A stretch of 64,000 bases of DNA from an uncultured bacterium (GTDB lineage: Bacteria; Chloroflexota; UBA5177; JANWHV01): assembly GCA_963827235.1 (NCBI GenBank), contig CAWHAE010000018.1, forward strand, positions 352,001-416,000. The letters are read 5' to 3'. The number at the start of each line of letters is the position of its first letter. Position 1 is the stretch's first letter. Below, one piece after another: positions 57,505 through 64,000 of the stretch. The position numbers and the translations under genes are program-made. The notes beneath the pieces are model-generated. The model had not been told where the DNA came from. It was given only the letters and a program-made list of their open reading frames with translations, and ran no database searches.

Positions 57505-59264
57505 CGCTTGTCCACTCGCTCGTATCGCTCCAGATCCTGTGTGAGGTTCCAGACGTCCGGCGTGCCCAGCCCACTGGCCATATCGTAGCCGGGCGTTGCC
57601 GGATAGTGCAGGTTGGTGCCGTCGGTAATGTCGTGAAATGCCACCGCAGGGTCCGGATGAGCGGCAATCTGGTAGAGCGCTGGGTTCATGAAACCGGCAG
57701 TAGGCAGGCCCTTCTGATGCATGTACTGGTTAATCAGCGCCGTGATCCCGGCCCAGATTGGCGCCGCCTGGCTGGTGCCGCCGCCTTCAGTCCATATGCC
57801 TTTGCCGCTGCCATCCGGAATGAAGACGGACACCCCACTGGCCGGGTCCGCGTCTGCTGAAACATCTGGTACCGACCGCATGGCCTTGGGGTTGAGCAGC
57901 GGGTCAACGACACCCCTGCCCTGCTGCCAGGCGGGCCGCGTGAAGAAGGCGCTCACTCCACCGCCGCCGCCGCCGGTCTCAGCAGGGTATTCCCAGACCG
58001 TCTCGTGGTACCACCCGGACGGACTGCTGTTCGACACGCTGAGCCGCGTACCGCCGGTCGCGGTAACGCCCGGCAAGCTCGATGGCAGCCAGAGCGACAG
58101 GTAGTCAGGAGAGGGCGGAGTGCCGCGCGGGGCCTCATTCAGGCACGAGTAGGCGCCGTTATCGCCCGTTGCCGCAAAGGCGCTCTCGCCCATCGCGTCG
58201 GCGTGGTCATAGAGATTCTTGAACGCGCCGGCAAGCGCAGAGCCGTAGAGATTCTCGCAGAAGCCCCAGCTATCGCTCAGAACCGCGCCGGGATTCTCAT
58301 CCACCATCTGCGTCTGCAGCTTGAGCACCGCCGTGAGCGCGTCGTCCAACGTGTGTGCGGCCCGGTCTGCTGCGGCAAGGTCTTGGTTGTAGATGAGGAG
58401 TCTGGCCCCGGGCGCTATCTCGTGCACGACTTCCAGGTCCATCTCCGTCTCGTCCCCAGGCTCGGGAAAGGTTGGACCCGCCTTCACGATGGGCCTCAAG
58501 GGCGGTAAGTGGTACCGGGCGCTGAAGGTATCGAGCTGCGTTTGGCTGAATCCGTCGTTTTCGTAGAACACAACGGTCTGTCCCGTGCCATCCAGCCCGG
58601 CATCGCGTAGCGGCGTGATATCGTATACGCCCAGCAAGTCGGCAGGTGACAGGCCGCCCCGGGGCACGACCAGGTCGCGAGGCTCGAGGTCGCTGTCCAG
58701 ACGACTCGCGGCCATCACAAATGGACGGAGGCCGACAGGCACCGTTGAAGCGCGGTCCGCGGCATAGTAGCGGGTACCTCGCGGCGAACGATGCCAGCGT
58801 ACTGTGACGCCGAATGCCCGTTCAACGCTTCTGGCGGACCCGGAAGCGAGCAACCAATCATCGCCGGGCTGCCAATCGGCGACCAAGCCAAGCGTCGCCA
58901 GTGCCCTTCTGACCCGGGCGATCATCGAGGTCGGCGGTCCATACCGCGCGGCCACGTCTTGGGCGGTGAGGTAATGGCCATACGTCTTCGTTCCCGGCGT
59001 GTACATTGCCCTGAGGTCTCTGGCTTCCTGCGCTGCCGTGAGGTCCTGGAGTTGCAGCACCAACGAGAGCGGAGTGTTGGGACTCACCGGACCAAGGTCG
59101 GCGGCAGCCGCGAGGAGGAGCGCGGCCATGTCATGCGTCGGTGAGCGCGACGACTGCGCCCGGCTACTCCCCTGGTGAAACGGGATCCGTAGCACACCGC
59201 CGAACAGCAGCATACCGGCCACCAGCGTCATGCCCAGCCGCTGCCAGAAGTCTCTGGACGTCAT
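57501..59264 (-). CDS. Secreted S53 family (sedolisin/kumamolisin-like) peptidase
   Basis: Pro-domain (YGHYLT...ARYGP); catalytic ETEMD, TGDNG and GGTSQAAP; Ca site GYDMASGLGTP. Confidence 0.93.
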   Translation of the reverse strand: MTSRDFWQRLGMTLVAGMLLFGGVLRIPFHQGSSRAQSSRSPTHDMAALLLAAAADLGPVSPNTPLSLVLQLQDLTAAQEARDLRAMYTPGTKTYGHYLTAQDVAARYGPPTSMIARVRRALATLGLVADWQPGDDWLLASGSARSVERAFGVTVRWHRSPRGTRYYAADRASTVPVGLRPFVMAASRLDSDLEPRDLVVPRGGLSPADLLGVYDITPLRDAGLDGTGQTVVFYENDGFSQTQLDTFSARYHLPPLRPIVKAGPTFPEPGDETEMDLEVVHEIAPGARLLIYNQDLAAADRAAHTLDDALTAVLKLQTQMVDENPGAVLSDSWGFCENLYGSALAGAFKNLYDHADAMGESAFAATGDNGAYSCLNEAPRGTPPSPDYLSLWLPSSLPGVTATGGTRLSVSNSSPSGWYHETVWEYPAETGGGGGGVSAFFTRPAWQQGRGVVDPLLNPKAMRSVPDVSADADPASGVSVFIPDGSGKGIWTEGGGTSQAAPIWAGITALINQYMHQKGLPTAGFMNPALYQIAAHPDPAVAFHDITDGTNLHYPATPGYDMASGLGTPDVWNLTQDLERYERVDKR

Positions 59265-59844
59265 GTGCCTGCCCTGCAGTTGCCGCTCGTCACGCCTGCG
59301 TCAGCGTCAACAGAGAATCGCAGGCTGCTCTGCCCGCCTCGCCTGCGATTGGCGAGGCCATTGCCAGGCGTACCGGACGCTCGGGGCCAGCGCACCCAAC
59401 GCGATGGGGCGGCGACGAACGCGGCACGGGCGAGGACGGTACACACCGTCAAGCGCCCTTTCCGGTCATCGCCCTTTCCACGGGCGGCCGATCTCAGCGC
59501 TTGAAGCGTATCACGGAGGATCTGCCGAGTCCAGCACCTAGCGCTCGAGGTAGGAGTCCCGCTGGCGCAACTCGCACATCGTAGGGGGATGCCATATGCC
59601 AACGGCTATTCGCTGGTAGCAGTGGGCAAGGAATGGTTGCTTGTTCCTGCAGCCAGCTTCCACTTCGTATGCCTTGCGCTGTAGCGGACCGGCCCCTGTT
59701 GCACGCAGGCCAGCCTGTGCGACCAGCGAATGGGCGTTCGCTGTCGCCGGTCTCCGCGTTGAACCAGGTTCCGCCCACATATGCCACATGCTCCGAACCC
59801 AAACAACGGCAACTGTTGTGGGCGGAGGCACGTTGCGCGATTGC

Positions 59845-61038
59845 CTAAACCTTCGGGATGACCAGGCGCTGGCCAGCAACAATCAGGTTCGGATCTGTTC
59901 CTATGACCACGCGATTCGTCTCGTAGATGCTCTGCCAGGGTACTCCTAAGCGCTCACCAATCGCGCTCAGGCTGTCTCCCTGCTGCACGATGTAGGTGAT
60001 CAGGTCCTGTGCGAACTGGAGGTGTGCGAAGGCCTCCTTCGCCTGGCCGTCGGCACGGCGAAGCCCGAAGTAGAGGCCAGCGGCAGGATTGTCCGTCAAC
60101 AGGAACCAATTCACCGCTTTGACAGCCTGACTGCCTGCACAACCGGCGAACAGCTGGTCGAGATTGGCGGCCTGCACCGACTCGCTGACGGCCTGTGTCT
60201 GCCAACCAGCCTCGACGACGTGGACGGTGCGCCGAGCCACGCCTTCATTTGCGTCCAGGACGTGTGTAAGCAAGCCTAGTGCTTGCTCGAGATGCGCCGG
60301 GTCGAGGAAGCCACCCTGATCGAGATAGTAGTGCTGGCCGATGATGTCAAACGGCATCGAGGTGACTTTGTCCTGCGCAAGCTGGTGGTACAGCGCCTGC
60401 AGGTAGGTTGCCCCGACACTTGCTGCGTCAAGCATGCCATGCAGATTGTGCCCAAAGAGACCGCCCGTCACCACGCGTCGCTCGCCTGACTCCGCTTTCA
60501 GTACGGCATGGGTCCCTCGAAGCAAGGTGGCGAAGAGCGATGGGTAGATAAAGCTGCTGCCCGTGTAGTGGCCTGGGGACGACTCGCTGGTATAGGCATT
60601 CGGCTCGTTCCAGACCACCCAGTACGGCACGCTTGGAAGCGCGTGGACGAGCTGTTTTGCGGTGAGTACAAAGCGCTCGATGAAGGGATTGTCGCCGCTG
60701 GCACGAGGATCAAGCTCTCGCGCATTGGCGTTCCAGAGGTTCTGGCTTGCCGGCTTGAGGACTTCCGCCGTCAGCTGTGCCATCGGTTGGATGCCAGCGG
60801 CGACGATCGAGCGTGCAACTTGAGCGTAAAGCTGGATGAGCTGGTCGTCCCAGGACGCCTTCTGGCCCAATCGTAAGGTGAATCGGACGATTTGCACGCC
60901 GAGCTGCCGGAGCACATCCATGTCAGACGGGCTGAGCAGAACGGCGTCACCACTGTCCGCTACCACCCAGCCCAGCGCTAAGCCCTTTGCCGGTAGGGAA
61001 GTCGCGGAGTCCTGGCCTTGCACTGGAGCGACCATGGC
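59845..61038 (-). CDS. Clan GH-A (GH5/GH39-like) glycoside hydrolase with C-terminal LysM
   Basis: WNEPN acid/base, QHYY, VVEAGW nucleophile; LysM YIVQQGDSLSAI...PNLIVAGQRLVIP; start uncertain. Confidence 0.8.
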   Translation of the reverse strand, partial: AMVAPVQGQDSATSLPAKGLALGWVVADSGDAVLLSPSDMDVLRQLGVQIVRFTLRLGQKASWDDQLIQLYAQVARSIVAAGIQPMAQLTAEVLKPASQNLWNANARELDPRASGDNPFIERFVLTAKQLVHALPSVPYWVVWNEPNAYTSESSPGHYTGSSFIYPSLFATLLRGTHAVLKAESGERRVVTGGLFGHNLHGMLDAASVGATYLQALYHQLAQDKVTSMPFDIIGQHYYLDQGGFLDPAHLEQALGLLTHVLDANEGVARRTVHVVEAGWQTQAVSESVQAANLDQLFAGCAGSQAVKAVNWFLLTDNPAAGLYFGLRRADGQAKEAFAHLQFAQDLITYIVQQGDSLSAIGERLGVPWQSIYETNRVVIGTDPNLIVAGQRLVIPKV

Positions 61039-61555
61039 AAGAACGTTTCTTGTGTCGGAACAGTACATGAAGACCCGGGCGGGCGGTCGCGTCCACCACG
61101 TTTACGATACCGTCGCCACATGGTCAAGCATGACAGAGCTTGGCCTAAGATGCAAAGGCAGACCGAAAGGCCAAGCGGATGATCGTCTGTGCCGTTGGAT
61201 GCAGAGGCGGTCGGTACGCTGAAGGCTTGAACTCAAGCGTGAACTGCTTCTGCCCCCAACACTGCCGCCCGTGGTTTAGCCTGCCACCGCATCTCTATGC
61301 AGATCACGACCCAAGCCAGGTCGGCTACTGCAGCCGATTCGAATGTCTTGTTCGGCGCCAAAAGATGAGCACGCCTGGGGGCGCAAGTATTCCGTGCGAG
61401 TCACTCTACCCAGTGCGCGTGACGCGTCTCCACGGATCCCGTCCCCGAACGCAGACTGGTCGACCACATTGCACGGTACAGGTGCCGCAACCCGTTTGGC
61501 CGTCCGCGCTGCTCCGAACGAGCTGCGGCAGTGGTGTGGGCCGTGGCGACCACGC

Positions 61556-61850
61556 TCAGTCCGGCTTCACCGCCTCCAGCGTGACGAACGGCATCAAGAG
61601 CCAGGTCTGCTCGCGCCGTTGCGCAATGCGGAATCCCGCCGTGCGCACCAACTGCTCGGTGTCCCGGTTCAGGTGAGAGTTGCCGTCCAGCAGCCGGGTG
61701 AGGGGCGTGATCGCCGTCTGGATCCCGACCACGAGGGCCGCGTGCGCCTTCACGTGCTTCACGAGCAGCAGTGCGCCGCCTGGCCAGAGCACGCGATACA
61801 CCTCACGCAACCCGCGGAGCGGATCGGCCACCGAGCAGAGCAGAGCCTGC
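61556..61850 (-). pseudogene. C-terminal fragment of a class I SAM methyltransferase
   Basis: LCSVADP..GLREVYRVLWPGG.LL..KHV and HLNRDTEQLV..AGF are present; the SAM-binding N-terminus is absent. Confidence 0.7.
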
Positions 61851-62010
61851 ACGGGCGGAGTGAGCTCCGCGCTTGGCGGCGCCTGCGCGCGGGTTCGCTG
61901 CACCGTTCAGAGGCGCAACGGGACCGGTCGCCTACCGCCCGCCTAACACGAATAGCGCGCCTGTTCTCGGAGGACGCACCGGGCCGGGCGCTGCCGCAGT
62001 CGTGTTGTGC

Positions 62011-62670
62011 TCAATGCGTTGCCGCCTGGCCGAACGTCCCTCTTGCACGTCGCGCCGCCGTATCTACCTCGATCGCCCCTGCTTGGCCATGCACCGTGTG
62101 TCCGCCTGCCCGTCTCGCCTCGCCGAGCAGCCTCTCCACGATCACCGCGTCGCGCCAGGTGCCGTCGACCGGTGCGTGGCAGTGCAGCACTCCGACCTCG
62201 CGGAAACCGAGGGAGCGGCAGAGCATGCGACTGGCGATGTTCTCGGGAAAGACCCGCGAGAGCAGCTTCCAGAAGCCGCGGAGCTCGCACTCCGCTACCA
62301 ACGCTTCGAGCGCCGCACGCCCTACACCCCGACCCCGCACGTCCCGATCGACGTAGACCGAGAACTCCGCGATGCGCGCGAAGCAGGCGCGCGTGCTGTG
62401 CGGGCTGCTGCCCGCCCAACCCAGGACGCGGCCTGCGCGTTCTACCACGATCGTGGGATAGGTCGTTCCGCGCTCCATCAAGAGCGCCTCGATCGCCGCT
62501 GGCGTACGCGGCTCGGTCTCGAACGTGGACGTGCGGGCCAGAATGGCCTGGTTGTGAATGCGCGCGATGGCGCCGGCATCGTCCAGGCATGCCTGCCGCA
62601 CGACGGTGCGCGGTAGCGGCACCGCGGGCACCGAGTCGGTTGCATTGTCGACCGTCTGTACCGTGATCAC
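62011..62670 (-). CDS. GNAT N-acetyltransferase, phosphinothricin/arsinothricin (ArsN1-like) type
   Basis: Motifs IHNQAI...STFETEPR, AEFSVYV...RGRGVG, WKLLSRVFPEN.AS and GTWRDAVIVERLL; GTG start after GAGGAG. Confidence 0.82.
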   Translation of the reverse strand: MITVQTVDNATDSVPAVPLPRTVVRQACLDDAGAIARIHNQAILARTSTFETEPRTPAAIEALLMERGTTYPTIVVERAGRVLGWAGSSPHSTRACFARIAEFSVYVDRDVRGRGVGRAALEALVAECELRGFWKLLSRVFPENIASRMLCRSLGFREVGVLHCHAPVDGTWRDAVIVERLLGEARRAGGHTVHGQAGAIEVDTAARRARGTFGQAATH

Positions 62671-62884
62671 TGATCCTGCTCCTCTAGCCTGTATGGCGGC
62701 CAGTACTCGTTCCCATGTCTCATGCTGCGCCCGCCGTGTAACGGACGGCGTTAACAGACGGGCCCTGGACGTAAACAGGCGATCAACAGTTGCCGCACGC
62801 GTGGTTTCGCCGTGGTTCTCCCGGCCGGCGTATGCCGCCGGCAGCCGCCACGGGCCGGCCAGAAGGGGACACGGCGCCGCGGCA

Positions 62885-64000
62885 CTACGCCGTCTTGACA
62901 GCGCCGGGCACGGTTCGTGCTTCGGCTGCATCCCGTGGCGCCCGCTCGATCGGAAGCTCGGCCACGAAGACACTGCCGCGGTCGGCTTGACTCTCAACCC
63001 ACACGCGACCGCCGTGTGCTTCGATCAGGCCTTTGACGATGGCAAGTCCCATGCCGGTGCCGGGAGCCCGGCCGATCGTGCTGCTGAGACGGTAGAACTT
63101 GTCGAAGATATGGCCGCGCTCAGCGTCGGGTACGCCTGGCCCCTGGTCGGTTACCGTGATTCGCAGCCGCTGTATGTCGTCGCTCCGCTGCTGCGTCTGC
63201 GCCCCGATCGCGATCGGCGACCCAGGGGGAGCATATTTGCCGGCGTTCTCGAGCAGATTTGCAAGTACCTGCTCGATGTGCACGGCATCCAGCTTCACGA
63301 GCGGCAGATCCATAGCCACGTCGCACAGAAGGGCGAGCCAGCCGTGCCTGCTCGAGGGCGATGGCGGCGCCATTGGCAAATGTCGCGAGCAGGTGCTCAC
63401 GCTCTACGTCGAGGGCGCGGGCCCCGTGCGGGACAATCTCCAGCACACCCACGGAGCGGTCGGCGACGCGGAGAGGGATGAAGCGCGCCCGCTCAAAACC
63501 GGCTCGCGGACGGCGTATCCTGTCGGCGCGGCGGCGCTCGGTGGCCGCGGCGCCCAACCTGCATTCGAGGCCGAGGTGATGTGCCTGCGCGGCGACGGCG
63601 GCGACATTGCGCCTGTGCTTGACGTGAAGGTCGTCGGGCATGTGCCCCGCGGCGGCAACGCTGTCCCACTGTCCACTCGCTCCCGGCATCAGCACGGCGC
63701 AGGCCTCGAGCTCGAACGCGGTGCGAAGCCGCTCCGCCAGGGTACCCAGGAGGTCGTCTTCCAGCCCGCCCGCGATGAGACCCACGCTCAGGTCGTACAG
63801 CGCGGCGGAAGACCGCGCGCGCCGCATCGCTTCGTCGGTACGACGTCGTGCCAACGTGGCAAGCTGTCCCACGGACAGGGCCACGAACAGAAACACGAAC
63901 AGGGCCACGGCATCGCGTACCGACGCGATGGTCAGCCGGTGGACGGGAGGAATGAAGAACCAGTCCCACACGACGATGGCCGCGCACCCCACCAACGCCC
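62885..64000 (-). pseudogene. KdpD-like sensor kinase (DUF4118-GAF-HATPase) lacking HisKA, frameshifted; 5' end outside window
   Basis: WDWFFIPP TM region and a GAF ending AIALEQARLA run directly, in another frame, into DLPLVKLDAVHIEQVLANLLENA; no H-box lies between them. Confidence 0.75.

Noticed and set aside
59265-59844. Long intergenic region with hairpins (e.g. 59316-59350) as a possible riboswitch or gene
   Set aside because: No known consensus was recognised and the ORFs look non-coding.

Overview
GC-rich bacterial chromosomal segment; gene style suggests a soil Chloroflexota-like organism (inference). It holds about 50 CDS: two sugar ABC clusters (a ribose/fructose-type one with a ROK regulator, and a maltodextrin/galacto-oligosaccharide-type one with GH15, AraC and GH42), TetR-controlled efflux systems, rsmI, cell-wall enzymes, an IS630 remnant, a lipid/glycan modification cluster, two KdpD-like kinases and a TPR-ATPase regulator. 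Several genes carry single-base frameshifts, probably long-read consensus errors. The most notable part is a magnesium locus at about 36.9-41.9 kb. There a consensus sigma70 promoter drives an M-box (ykoK) riboswitch followed by a ~760-nt leader. The leader holds three small ORFs and an intrinsic terminator, upstream of an Nramp-related (NrmT-type) transporter. Two of the small ORFs share an in-frame GSPR(IF/L)VA motif, and one of them also has a PPP run. Divergently, the locus encodes a soluble MgtE-N/CBS protein with no pore domain and a DUF1003-like protein. No rRNA, tRNA or CRISPR array was seen.
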